Shown here: positions 27,787 to 36,052 of the stretch, piece by piece
How positions within the stretch are numbered: position 1 is the first letter of the stretch
Layout of the letters: each line of letters starts with the position of its first letter
Virus record (IMG/VR): IMGVR_UViG_3300022936_000020
Span: 1 to 38,229 of that record
From: a virus
Lineage: Duplodnaviria > Caudoviricetes
Reading direction: 5' to 3' (one strand)
DNA: 38,229 nt
Program-made: the position numbers and the translations under genes
The notes under the pieces: model-generated
What the model was told of the DNA's origin: nothing
Databases searched by the model: none
What the model saw: only the letters and a program-made list of their open reading frames with translations

Positions 27787-28104
27787 ATGCAGCACGACGA
27801 GACAGGAAACCCCGACGTGGACATGCGGATCGCACTTGCTAGGCAAGAAGAAAAGGTTGAGGGCCTACGTCAGACCGTTGAGCGCGAGTTTGCGCGCGTC
27901 GGCAAGGGCCTGACCGATCTCGCACAGGCGATGAACCAGTCTGTCAACGACATGAAGGGGCAATATGTCTCTCGTGCTGAACACGCAATCCTAGAGAGCC
28001 GGTTTGCGCGTGTTGAGAAAATCGTCCTGACGGCGTGCGGCATTATCCTTGTCGCAGTATTCGGTGCTGTCATCGCCCTTGTGGTGGTGAAGGGGGGCGC
28101 ATGA
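27787..28104 (+). CDS. Coiled-coil protein with C-terminal TM helix (holin-like/lysis accessory)
   Basis: RIALARQEEKVEGL..YVSRAEH..TM helix; start uncertain (in-frame ATGs near 27730 also possible). Confidence 0.65.
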   Translation: MQHDETGNPDVDMRIALARQEEKVEGLRQTVEREFARVGKGLTDLAQAMNQSVNDMKGQYVSRAEHAILESRFARVEKIVLTACGIILVAVFGAVIALVVVKGGA

Positions 28105-28526
28105 AAATCCGTATTCCAAACGCTGCTGAATGGATGCTAGGCGCGTCCCTTATCGGAATATTGGTGATCGGCGGTTTCATGGTCGTTCGGGCTTTTGAGC
28201 CTCTGCCTGTGCGCTTTGAAAGCCTGAATATCGTGAATTCTCCTAAGCCTGGAGAGACGCTAACAGTAGAAGCGACCGTAACGCGCGTTGAGAAAAAAGA
28301 CTGCACGAACGGAGTCCAGATTGATTCTCGGGATTCAAACGGGGTCGAATCTCGCTTGCCTGTTCCGACGCGTCAGGTTTCAGGCCCGTTCACGCGATAC
28401 ACTATCGCCATCCCCACCGAGATACAGCCCGGTCCTTATGATCTTCGGGTCCGGGAAACAATCTATTGCGGCGGCAATCCACGGATCAGCGAAACGCCGT
28501 GGCTGGCTTTTGAGGTGATGCGGTGA
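28101..28526 (+). CDS. Membrane-anchored periplasmic beta-sandwich protein (antiholin-like position)
   Basis: One N-terminal TM helix, two Cys, PGPYDLRV; ATGA overlap. Confidence 0.65.
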   Translation: MKIRIPNAAEWMLGASLIGILVIGGFMVVRAFEPLPVRFESLNIVNSPKPGETLTVEATVTRVEKKDCTNGVQIDSRDSNGVESRLPVPTRQVSGPFTRYTIAIPTEIQPGPYDLRVRETIYCGGNPRISETPWLAFEVMR

Positions 28527-28780
28527 CTCGATCTGAACGGCTGGCATGGTTCATTGGCGAAACCGCTAGGCCTCTCGCCATTATGGCCTCGTCCTTTTCG
28601 GCATCGATAGCCGCTGTGATCGTTGCGACTAAGGTTGAGAATGGAAACGATGGAGCGATTTTGATTGCAGCTATCTTCGGCGGTGCTGGCGTCTTCTACG
28701 GGTTCAAGGCAGTCGAGACGTGGAAGGCCAAACAAGCAGATAGCGATGTTGAAGTCGCCAAGGTGGAGGCGAAGAAGTGA
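28523..28780 (+). CDS. Putative holin (two TM helices)
   Basis: Two hydrophobic helices and charged tail, directly before the endolysin. Confidence 0.65.
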   Translation: MTRSERLAWFIGETARPLAIMASSFSASIAAVIVATKVENGNDGAILIAAIFGGAGVFYGFKAVETWKAKQADSDVEVAKVEAKK

Positions 28781-29463
28781 CCCAGGCATCGGATAACGAA
28801 GCCTTCGTCCGCGCGGCACAGGCCGCTAAAGGCCTCAAGGTGGACGGATGGGCGGGCGACAAGACGTGGACGGCGTGGGGGCTGTCTGCGGAGGCTACAG
28901 GCTCCGTCACAGACCTGACCGAACGCGGCGTTCTTGAGTTGATCTCGCACGAGGCCATCGTTCAGGAAGCCTACAAGGACTCGGTTGGCGTCTGGACATG
29001 GGCTATTGGCGTCACTAACGCATCGGGTCATGAGGTCTATCCGCGCTACAAGGACAATCCTCAGAGCCTGGCACGCTGCATTGAGGTGTCTGTCTGGCTG
29101 ATGCGGACGAAATATCTGCCAGACGTGTTGAAGGCGTTTGAGGGCCACGCGCTGACCGAAGCGCAACTGACCGCCGCCCTTTCGTTCCATTACAACACAG
29201 GCGCTATCCGCCGTGCGGATTGGGTGGATTCGTGGAAGAATGGCCGTGCGGATAAAGCGCGGCTTGAAATCATGAATTGGAAGTCCCCGCCTGAGATCGT
29301 TAAGCGACGTGCGGCTGAACGGGATCTGTTCTTTGACGGCAGGTGGTCAAATGATGGAATGGCGACGGTCTATCCCGTCAGTAAGCCTTCGTATTCGCCA
29401 GCTTGGAGCAAGGCGAAGAAGGTTGACGTGACGGCGGCGGTTAAGGTGGCGCTCAATGCGTGA
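28777..29463 (+). CDS. Endolysin (GH24 phage lysozyme with short N-terminal peptidoglycan-binding element)
   Basis: GLKVDGWAGDKT; HEAIVQEAYKDSVGVWTWAIG (E-x8-D-x5-T); SFHYNTG; RRAAERDLF. Confidence 0.92.
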   Translation: MTQASDNEAFVRAAQAAKGLKVDGWAGDKTWTAWGLSAEATGSVTDLTERGVLELISHEAIVQEAYKDSVGVWTWAIGVTNASGHEVYPRYKDNPQSLARCIEVSVWLMRTKYLPDVLKAFEGHALTEAQLTAALSFHYNTGAIRRADWVDSWKNGRADKARLEIMNWKSPPEIVKRRAAERDLFFDGRWSNDGMATVYPVSKPSYSPAWSKAKKVDVTAAVKVALNA

Positions 29464-29740
29464 GGTTAAGTCCTGGCTCTACCTCGCCGCCGTGATCGCA
29501 CTCCTGATCTTGGCTACGTTCGTCGTCAGCCGCTGCACTCAGTCACGAGATCAATCCGCACGAACAGAGAAAGCCACATCCAAGGCGCTCGATAACGTCG
29601 CCACACAGACACCGGCCATTCGCCAAGAGCAAGAGGACAAACAGCGTGAAGTTGACAACATCGAAGGCTCTGACCAGCGCTTGCCTGATGGGTATGGCCG
29701 CGATTTGCAGCAGTTGCGCGACAAGCGTAATCCCCGATAG
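29456..29740 (+). CDS. Inner-membrane spanin (Rz-like)
   Basis: N-terminal TM helix plus helical periplasmic part, after the endolysin. Confidence 0.75.
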   Translation: MREVKSWLYLAAVIALLILATFVVSRCTQSRDQSARTEKATSKALDNVATQTPAIRQEQEDKQREVDNIEGSDQRLPDGYGRDLQQLRDKRNPR

Positions 29741-29912
29741 CCTCAAGACGCCGTGCGTGTCCACTGTGGACGTGTCTGGCGCTCAGACTATCGGGGATCT
29801 TGGTAAGGCGATCATTGCTGGGGACGGCGATTTAAGGGTGTGCTCCGTTCGTAAGGATGCCGTAGTCGCGATTGCAGAGGCTAACTCGCGGCCTTGGTTC
29901 TGGCCCTTCTAA
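29646..29912 (+). CDS. Outer-membrane spanin lipoprotein (Rz1-like)
   Basis: Overlaps Rz in another frame; signal peptide with ICSSC lipobox-like site; start uncertain. Confidence 0.75.
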   Translation: MKLTTSKALTSACLMGMAAICSSCATSVIPDSLKTPCVSTVDVSGAQTIGDLGKAIIAGDGDLRVCSVRKDAVVAIAEANSRPWFWPF

Positions 29913-30217
29913 CACTCATCGCTCAACCCGCGTGTGGCATTGCGTGGGGTGTGCGGTTCCTCCCCCTTCCCATTGCGGACGAGGAAGGCGTCTGTGAGGT
30001 CTTCCAGCGCTTCGGTCGGGAGGTCGGATCGCCAGCGTTGCAGCAGTCCCCTCGCCTCCTTCAGTTCAGCGATCAGGGCTTTGATGTCCTGTGCGGCCCT
30101 GATCTTTCCGCCCGCGCCATACGTGCGAGCCATTGCACCTGATGTCGAATACGCGCCGCTGTCGAAAGCATCCGCCAGCTTCTCCAGCGCGTCTAGGTCC
30201 TGCGGGGTCATTTCCAT
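29909..30217 (-). CDS. Hypothetical protein
   Basis: Last gene of the leftward operon; converges on the spanin stop. Confidence 0.7.
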   Translation of the reverse strand: MEMTPQDLDALEKLADAFDSGAYSTSGAMARTYGAGGKIRAAQDIKALIAELKEARGLLQRWRSDLPTEALEDLTDAFLVRNGKGEEPHTPRNATRGLSDEC

Positions 30218-30657
30218 GTCCTTCCGTTTTTGACAGAACTAATCGTGGTTTTGCTGACGCCATATTCAGCGGCAAGATTGGCAACGGTTTTTGTGGAAGA
30301 GCGAATGGCGGCAGCGGATTCATTATTGAGAATGGCTCTAGGGTTTCCCTCACCCGCGCGCCTGCCATTCCACTTAACGGATCTACCCTTACGGACCATG
30401 TCGTCCGAGTTTGCCTGCGTATCACCTAAAAACAGGTGCTCGGGATTAACGCAGGCTGGAATATCGCACTTATGGCAAACCAGCATCCCCTTAGGTATCT
30501 CACCCCTGAACGCTCGATAGCTCAGCCTGTGAGCCATGTTGACGCCTGCCACGGTTTTGATTTCTCCGTAGCCGTCGCGGTTCAGCCATCGCGTCCACAA
30601 CCAGCACCCGCCGTTCGTGTCGTATTCGACTATGCTTCTGATAGTTTCCTGATTCAT
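30208..30657 (-). CDS. HNH endonuclease with C-terminal HTH
   Basis: GCWLW..GYG..AHRLSY..VCHKCDIPACVNPEHLFLGD..NSDDM. Confidence 0.92.
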   Translation of the reverse strand: MNQETIRSIVEYDTNGGCWLWTRWLNRDGYGEIKTVAGVNMAHRLSYRAFRGEIPKGMLVCHKCDIPACVNPEHLFLGDTQANSDDMVRKGRSVKWNGRRAGEGNPRAILNNESAAAIRSSTKTVANLAAEYGVSKTTISSVKNGRTWK

Positions 30658-31022
30658 GTTTTCGCACCTGTCGGGGCGGCGGGAATCTCATCCGGCGCGT
30701 CGTCCCAAGGCACTCGGCTGGCGAATGCTTCTGAAGCGATGTCCAGTTCTCGAAGTTCAGACTGCGAGGGATTTTCGAACGCTACCCTGCGAGCCGCAAC
30801 GACCAGACGCGCCACGTCAGCAGGAACCCCGCCCCCTTCCGGCAGCGGCGATGCGGGGGCGGCTGCGACGAGAAGTTCGTATGCCAACTCGATGTGTGGC
30901 CCGAGTTTCATCGCCTCTTCCGCGCCGATCTCAGCGGACAGGTTGAACGCGGCGGTTTCTAGTTGCTGCGACGTGGCCTTTACAGGCACCAGGCGCATCG
31001 CATCGGTGGGGGCATGGGTCAT
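30654..31022 (-). CDS. Hypothetical phage protein
   Basis: RLVPVKAT..YELLVAAAP module; ATGA overlaps. Confidence 0.75.
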   Translation of the reverse strand: MTHAPTDAMRLVPVKATSQQLETAAFNLSAEIGAEEAMKLGPHIELAYELLVAAAPASPLPEGGGVPADVARLVVAARRVAFENPSQSELRELDIASEAFASRVPWDDAPDEIPAAPTGAKT

Positions 31023-31243
31023 TTGATCTCTCCGGCATAGTGGATCGACATCAGGCCCTTGATGTCGGCCATGAACTCGTCAGCGTCAGACAAGCGGATA
31101 ATGAGCCAAGAGTCGGGACGGTGGCGGCTTCCGCTGATGGTCAGCGTCTCGCCTTCGAGTTCCAGCTTCCATTCGCGGACGGTCTGGTCCGAAGCGTCAT
31201 CGTCATCGCGCAGGACGCGCTCAACAGTGATCTTGCTACTCAC
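31019..31243 (-). CDS. Hypothetical protein
   Basis: Coupled overlaps at both ends. Confidence 0.7.
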   Translation of the reverse strand: MSSKITVERVLRDDDDASDQTVREWKLELEGETLTISGSRHRPDSWLIIRLSDADEFMADIKGLMSIHYAGEIK

Positions 31244-31524
31244 GGCTGCGTCTCCTGCTGTAGGGCGGATCGGGCGATAGCCACATTGCTGACGCCCTTT
31301 TCATGTGCGATCCGCTCCAAAGCCTTCGCCAGCCGATCCGCTCGGGCTTTCTCGGCGTCTATTGCGGCTTGAGCGGACGCGGCGGTGACGAGGGGTTCGA
31401 CCTCGCAGCCTTCGTGTCGTCCACCGAGGCCAGTGTAAATCCAACCGCTGTCGGCATGACCACGAAAGCGCCAAGCCACCACTTCCAGCCCCGCAGCTTC
31501 GGGGGTTTGGGAGGGGGCGGTCAT
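31240..31524 (-). CDS. Hypothetical phage protein
   Basis: EVVAWRF..VEPLV module; coupled overlaps. Confidence 0.7.
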   Translation of the reverse strand: MTAPSQTPEAAGLEVVAWRFRGHADSGWIYTGLGGRHEGCEVEPLVTAASAQAAIDAEKARADRLAKALERIAHEKGVSNVAIARSALQQETQP

Positions 31525-32237
31525 GCTGCGGCTTTCTGATGATGTGCTGCAGCCAGGATTGCGCGGCCTATGATTTCGGGGACTGCTGGTGAGACGGCGT
31601 TGCCGAGGACCCGACGTCTGTGTGACCCATCGGGAAATCCATCATCCACTCGACGAACATTGGGTTCGGTACTCCACCTAGCGCTGTGCTGAGAGAGGTG
31701 CCGCCCTGCGCAAACTTGGCCTTCCGGTAGCCCGTTTCCGAAGCCAGCGGGGTAGGCAATAACCCAGACGCGATCCCGCCTGTGAGGCGCGCCAAGGGGG
31801 TTAAGGGGCAGACAGTGCCACTCCGCATCAAACCCGAGCGAAGAGAACCGGCTGAGAACTTCGTCCAATCCACGAGTGCGAAGGACCGGGGAGTTTTCGA
31901 TGATGACGAACGTCGGCTCGACATCTTCAATGATGCGGGCGAGCTCCCACCACATTGAAGACTTTTCGCCGTCGAGGCCTCGCATACGTCCAGCGAGACT
32001 GATGTCTTGGCAGGGGAATCCGCCCGTAACGATGTCGATAGGTCCAACTCCATCTGCGGCCAATCGTTGTGCGGTGAGGGTTCGGATGTCGTCATAACAA
32101 GGCGCCTCGGGCCAGTGTTTTGCCAGCACACGCCGGCAAAACGAGTCAATTTCACAGAAAGCGACGGTCTGCATTCCGGCGCGCTCCAGCCCGAGGCTGA
32201 AACCACCAATGCCGCTGAATAAGTCCAGAACCCTCAC
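31521..32237 (-). CDS. C5-cytosine DNA methyltransferase, short alpha-type chain
   Basis: DLFSGIGG (I), GGFPCQD (IV), ENS (VI), PHRRDRVW (VIII), LGNAV (X); no target-recognition region or motif IX. Confidence 0.92.
   Translation of the reverse strand: MRVLDLFSGIGGFSLGLERAGMQTVAFCEIDSFCRRVLAKHWPEAPCYDDIRTLTAQRLAADGVGPIDIVTGGFPCQDISLAGRMRGLDGEKSSMWWELARIIEDVEPTFVIIENSPVLRTRGLDEVLSRFSSLGFDAEWHCLPLNPLGAPHRRDRVWVIAYPAGFGNGLPEGQVCAGRHLSQHSARWSTEPNVRRVDDGFPDGSHRRRVLGNAVSPAVPEIIGRAILAAAHHQKAAA
31568..32095 (-). CDS. Nested alternative-frame ORF, putative beta subunit of the C5 methyltransferase
   Basis: Long open frame inside the MTase gene; LLPTPLASE and PNPMFVEWMMDFPMGHT (motif IX-like); ATG 32095 with GAGG upstream. 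Confidence 0.7.
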   Translation of the reverse strand: MTTSEPSPHNDWPQMELDLSTSLRADSPAKTSVSLDVCEASTAKSLQCGGSSPASLKMSSRRSSSSKTPRSFALVDWTKFSAGSLRSGLMRSGTVCPLTPLARLTGGIASGLLPTPLASETGYRKAKFAQGGTSLSTALGGVPNPMFVEWMMDFPMGHTDVGSSATPSHQQSPKS

Positions 32238-33736
32238 GACTTCTCCCCTTCCTTCGCGGCGGTCGATTTCAGGGCTTCAGCAAGATATGCGTCGGCCTCT
32301 TCCTTGGTGGGGAATGTCTTGATCTCATAGTCATCGGCCTCGCCGTCGCCAGTCGTGTCGATGTCGATGCGAACAGCATAGATCGGGTCGAACTCATGAG
32401 CGTTACCGATCTTGGCGACGCCGCGCATCTCGCCTTGGGTGGCGTCTTCATAGGCGTCTTCAAGATCACATCGCGTGACCTCCCAATCCTCGGCATTCCA
32501 CCACAGAGAGGGCCGCACCCTGTCGGCATCGGCGGCGGGGGTCGGGGATGGGTGGGCGTAGAGGGGGGCCTCATCGGCGTTGGGTTTGCGCGTCGGCCAA
32601 ACCAAAGCAGCGTCGCCTTTTACGAGTCCTGCCAAGCTCTCTTTCGAGACCCATCCCACAGGCTCCCCCGCCGCCCCTTCGTCCTGGGCCTCGGCTCGGG
32701 CGGGGGTGGTGGCAGGCTTGGCCCCGTGCAAAGCGTCGCCCATGGTCTGACACAGGGTTACGAGAGGGTGCAGCGCCCATGATCCGAGCGGACGCAGCGA
32801 GCGGGCTTCCAGCGCGACACCGGGCGAGACTACAAACACCGGAACGCCAGCCGCCAAAGCCATGCCGACCTCGATAAACGCCCCTTTCAGCGGGAAGTCG
32901 TCAGGCTCGACATAGAGGATCAGGCGTTCGGCCGAAGTGACCTCGCGCAAGATGCGCTCCCACAGTTCGCCGAGATCGTGGCTCTGACCTTCGCCGTCTT
33001 CGTCGATCCACGTCGAGATGATCGGAGCGCCACCAGCGCGAAGGCTGCGCCACATTTCGCCGCGCGCTGGAACACTTGCACGGCTGGCAACGTAGATGCC
33101 CTCCCGCGTCTCTCCGCTCGGTTGGGGGCGGAGGGCGGACATGGCCGCGCGCTCTTCGGGGCCGTCGAGCATGTAGATCATGTCATTGGCGAATGCTTTG
33201 GCTCGCCGCCCCGCTTGGTCGTACTTATACTCTCGCGAGTTAGTATCTGTGCCGTGGAAGGTCACGTCGCCGTTTCGGTCTGTGTAGTCCTCTGGGACCA
33301 GATAGGCGGTCGCCATCCGCTGCATGGCTCGGACGTGCTCGCGAAGAGGATCGTCCGACCCGCTCGCTTCGACCGGAGCGGTGGGGGCGAGGCGGAAGGC
33401 GATGATGTCGGACCAAGACAAACCGTCAGAAGGTTGCAGCCCCACCACAACTTCTGGAACCCATCGTGATTTAACTTCCACCCTCTGCCCCGGCACCGGG
33501 TTCTCGCCGCCAGACCACGGCATCCAGCCGTCAGCGTCAGGGCGGCCGATGAAGGTCACAAGCGAGGGCAGATAGCCGTTGCCGCTGGCTAAAACGACGA
33601 AGTCAGGGTTTGCGGTTTTCACGGTTTCAATCTGACCGTTAGGGCCACGAACAATATCGCCCTGCAACAGCGGACCGGGTGTGGGGGCTTGCTTCATCGC
33701 ATCGGCCCCTTTATTATCGTCTTGATCTTGCGGCAT
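32234..33736 (-). CDS. Mosaic accessory protein with central nucleoside 2-deoxyribosyltransferase-like domain
   Basis: IYVASR..STWID..GAFIEVGMALAAGVPVFVV; flanked by GWMPWSGGENPV and GEPVGW..PLYAHP modules; ATG 33736 after GATGGAGAG. Confidence 0.7.
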   Translation of the reverse strand: MPQDQDDNKGADAMKQAPTPGPLLQGDIVRGPNGQIETVKTANPDFVVLASGNGYLPSLVTFIGRPDADGWMPWSGGENPVPGQRVEVKSRWVPEVVVGLQPSDGLSWSDIIAFRLAPTAPVEASGSDDPLREHVRAMQRMATAYLVPEDYTDRNGDVTFHGTDTNSREYKYDQAGRRAKAFANDMIYMLDGPEERAAMSALRPQPSGETREGIYVASRASVPARGEMWRSLRAGGAPIISTWIDEDGEGQSHDLGELWERILREVTSAERLILYVEPDDFPLKGAFIEVGMALAAGVPVFVVSPGVALEARSLRPLGSWALHPLVTLCQTMGDALHGAKPATTPARAEAQDEGAAGEPVGWVSKESLAGLVKGDAALVWPTRKPNADEAPLYAHPSPTPAADADRVRPSLWWNAEDWEVTRCDLEDAYEDATQGEMRGVAKIGNAHEFDPIYAVRIDIDTTGDGEADDYEIKTFPTKEEADAYLAEALKSTAAKEGEKS

Positions 33737-33764
33737 GTGACTCTCCATCCGTTCCGCGAGTGAT

Positions 33765-33797
33765 GGCGGCGACTTTTAACGAGGTCGCCGCCTTTTT
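33765..33797. terminator. Strong hairpin; T tract is on the + strand
   Basis: GGCGGCGAC-N10-GTCGCCGCC followed by TTTTT. Confidence 0.65.
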
Positions 33798-34047
33798 ATT
33801 CGTATTGCGCTGATACGACCTGAATGTTTCCGACGTTCAGAAACATATCCGATCCAGCAAACATTTCATCCTTCACGTCAGACGACATGAGTGCGAACCT
33901 AACACACTCAGCAACCTCTTTTGGATGATAGTCCGACACGGTGGGATCAGGCTCACCTTCCTCGGAGAATTCATAATATCCCGCGTCAGTCAGTTCTTCG
34001 TCCGACATATCGGAAACATCAATCTCAAGCGTAACGACCAGTTTCAT
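33796..34047 (-). CDS. Acidic hypothetical protein
   Basis: Start after GATGGAGAGAG; MKLVVTLEIDVSDMSDEEL. Confidence 0.7.
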   Translation of the reverse strand: MKLVVTLEIDVSDMSDEELTDAGYYEFSEEGEPDPTVSDYHPKEVAECVRFALMSSDVKDEMFAGSDMFLNVGNIQVVSAQYE

Positions 34048-34074
34048 CACTCTCTCCATCCAGCCGCCAACCGG

Positions 34075-34269
34075 CTATGTGTCTTTATTGCTTAGCATCG
34101 TATCGGCGTCAACCGATTTATTCCACCGACTGTCCGCAGCAGCCTTAGCCGCCTCCGGGTCGTCGTAATGACGCGCCTTCTTCGCCTTCCCGCCCTTGGA
34201 CCGTATCTCCCTCGCCCGGTCGGGATCTGTGAGGGCAAGGGCGGCGAGGCCACGGGGGCGGAGGGTCAT
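34075..34269 (-). CDS. KGG-motif (stress-induced family-like) small protein
   Basis: RGLAAL..DPDRAREIRSKGGKA. Confidence 0.7.
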   Translation of the reverse strand: MTLRPRGLAALALTDPDRAREIRSKGGKAKKARHYDDPEAAKAAADSRWNKSVDADTMLSNKDT

Positions 34270-34505
34270 GTGTCTTCCTCAACGAACAAGCTGTCTGGCT
34301 CGTGAAGAACGCCATCCGCGTCTCGAAACACCGAGAAATCTGTCACCCATCGGCATTGAAGCAATCCGCACACGTCAATCCGACACATACCGGATTCTAC
34401 CTCAAAGTCGTTAACGGGCCACCACCAGTCGTCCTTTCCAAGGTCACGTCCAAAGATTGGCTGAGGCAAGCTGTTGATGAAGTCCATGCGCAGAACGTCA
34501 CTCAC
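34266..34505 (-). CDS. Hypothetical protein
   Basis: DFINSLPQP..WWWPV..RIDVCGLLQ; coupled overlaps. Confidence 0.75.
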   Translation of the reverse strand: MSDVLRMDFINSLPQPIFGRDLGKDDWWWPVNDFEVESGMCRIDVCGLLQCRWVTDFSVFRDADGVLHEPDSLFVEEDT

Positions 34506-34780
34506 TCCACCACCTCCATCATCATCCGGCTCCGCTCGACAATCTCACGGTCCTTTGCTCGGTCGCGCTCAGCCTGTGCGGCGTCACGCTTGATCGTTCG
34601 GATAGCCGCCAGAAGCGCCGTAATCTCGGGCTGGACGCGCTTCAGCTTGATCTCAGCCGACACCACGCCATCCGCCGTCGTGAACCCCTGTAGGGTGCTG
34701 GCGACGCTGGCGAGCATGTTGGCGGCATTCCTGGCTCGCTCCTGCGTCTGGCTGGGGACTGCGATACGAAGGGCGGTCAT
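34502..34780 (-). CDS. Hypothetical helical protein
   Basis: ATGA overlaps. Confidence 0.7.
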   Translation of the reverse strand: MTALRIAVPSQTQERARNAANMLASVASTLQGFTTADGVVSAEIKLKRVQPEITALLAAIRTIKRDAAQAERDRAKDREIVERSRMMMEVVE

Positions 34781-34956
34781 TGGATAACTCCCTGGTGGCG
34801 CAAGGCCTCTTCACAGGTCATCGTGTGACATTCAGGCTCGTCAATCTGGCCGCACGAAATGCAGCGACACGTTCCGTCACGAACGGCCTTCGGGTACGGA
34901 ATGAACCGCGTGTATTCCTTGTGGCCGATGGTGATCTTCTCAACCGGTTTGGTCAT
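34777..34956 (-). CDS. Small Cys-rich (zinc-binding?) protein
   Basis: CRCISC..CH..C; start after GATGGAGAGAAG. Confidence 0.65.
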   Translation of the reverse strand: MTKPVEKITIGHKEYTRFIPYPKAVRDGTCRCISCGQIDEPECHTMTCEEALRHQGVIQ

Positions 34957-35249
34957 CACTTCTCTCCATCCTCTGCCGCGCACGTCCGCAGCTTGTCCAA
35001 AACGTCTAGCTTCTGTTCGGCGGTGTAAAGGCCGGGTTTGATAGAGCCGTCACCATAGCCCATGCTGGCGAGGATCAGGCGGGCTTCGTGGGGCGACAGC
35101 ACCTCGTTAGATAACCGCGCAATCAACTCAATCAGAGCCGAAATATCAGAGTGGATATAATATCCCTCATGCTGTCCCCTGATAAACAAATCAGGTTGCC
35201 GCTCTACGCATCGTGCGATGACAGCGTGGTCATCTGGCGTGTATTTCAC
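34956..35249 (-). CDS. Hypothetical protein
   Basis: GTG 35249 (MKYTPDDH...) overlapping the previous stop. Confidence 0.6.
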   Translation of the reverse strand: MKYTPDDHAVIARCVERQPDLFIRGQHEGYYIHSDISALIELIARLSNEVLSPHEARLILASMGYGDGSIKPGLYTAEQKLDVLDKLRTCAAEDGEK

Positions 35250-35365
35250 GTCATCACCTTCAGCGCCACAAACAGCGCAACCGCGCCAACGACAGGCCAG
35301 AACAGCAGCCTTGCGATGCCTTCCGCCAGTTGATCCGGCGTTATTTCCATTGCGTCCCAATTCAC
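35246..35365 (-). CDS. 39-aa single-TM protein, absent from ORF track
   Basis: MNWDAMEITPDQLAEGIARLLFWPVVGAVALFVALKVMT; GTGA overlaps at both ends. Confidence 0.65.
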   Translation of the reverse strand: MNWDAMEITPDQLAEGIARLLFWPVVGAVALFVALKVMT

Positions 35366-35550
35366 GCTACATCTCCCTTATGCAAAATCGCGCTTGCCGA
35401 CTTGGCCCATGTCCGATCCAGGCGACCGACTTGCTCAGCCAGACGCGAGGACTGGCATTGAGTGGTCGGCCAGTGTTCGTCCAGCGCTTTGACGGCTGCT
35501 ACGAGGTGCGACATCGCGCTCTCGAATGAGTTAGGGCAGAGGTCGGTCAT
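35362..35550 (-). CDS. Hypothetical protein
   Basis: Coupled overlaps. Confidence 0.55.
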   Translation of the reverse strand: MTDLCPNSFESAMSHLVAAVKALDEHWPTTQCQSSRLAEQVGRLDRTWAKSASAILHKGDVA

Positions 35551-35774
35551 GGAAACGGCTCCATTTTCTGGAATACATGCTCGACTGAGCGCGCTAAGTG
35601 CTTGCGAATTGCGCGGACACGAGTCCCGTCAGGCTTGGTGAAAATAGCGCGCATAGCCAACATATCGTCGTCATCGTTCAGGAGGGCTTCGACGTTTTCA
35701 GGACCGGTCCAATCTTTGCCGACTAAAAACATGTCTCGGTTTGCGCCGCCGATTGGTTGCCAGTTCTCAGCCAT
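35547..35774 (-). CDS. Hypothetical protein
   Basis: MAENWQPIG; GGAGGGG RBS, TGATG overlap. Confidence 0.65.
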   Translation of the reverse strand: MAENWQPIGGANRDMFLVGKDWTGPENVEALLNDDDDMLAMRAIFTKPDGTRVRAIRKHLARSVEHVFQKMEPFP

Positions 35775-36052
35775 CACTTCCCCTCCTCCAAAGCCACCGC
35801 AACCGCACAAGCGACGAGGTAGGCTTCTTCCGGTCCAACTTCCTTTATGGCCTCAATCATCCAGTCAATCGACTCAGGCGATAGCTTGGCCCGCGTTCCC
35901 AAATCTACCGCCAACTGACCCAGTGACACGCACCGTCCAGCGATCTCATGCGCCTCGTCTCGCGTCGCTTGGTTCTGTCCGTGCGCCTCGACGTAATCGC
36001 GGATGAACTCGTTGTAGGCGTTGGTTAGCTTTTGTTGGGTGGGAGTGGTCAT
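35774..36052 (-). CDS. Hypothetical protein
   Basis: Coupled overlaps; 92 aa helical. Confidence 0.7.
   Translation of the reverse strand: MTTPTQQKLTNAYNEFIRDYVEAHGQNQATRDEAHEIAGRCVSLGQLAVDLGTRAKLSPESIDWMIEAIKEVGPEEAYLVACAVAVALEEGK

Noticed and set aside
30208-30657. Group I intron around the HNH gene
   Set aside because: The gene overlaps intact neighbours on both sides, leaving no room for intron core structure
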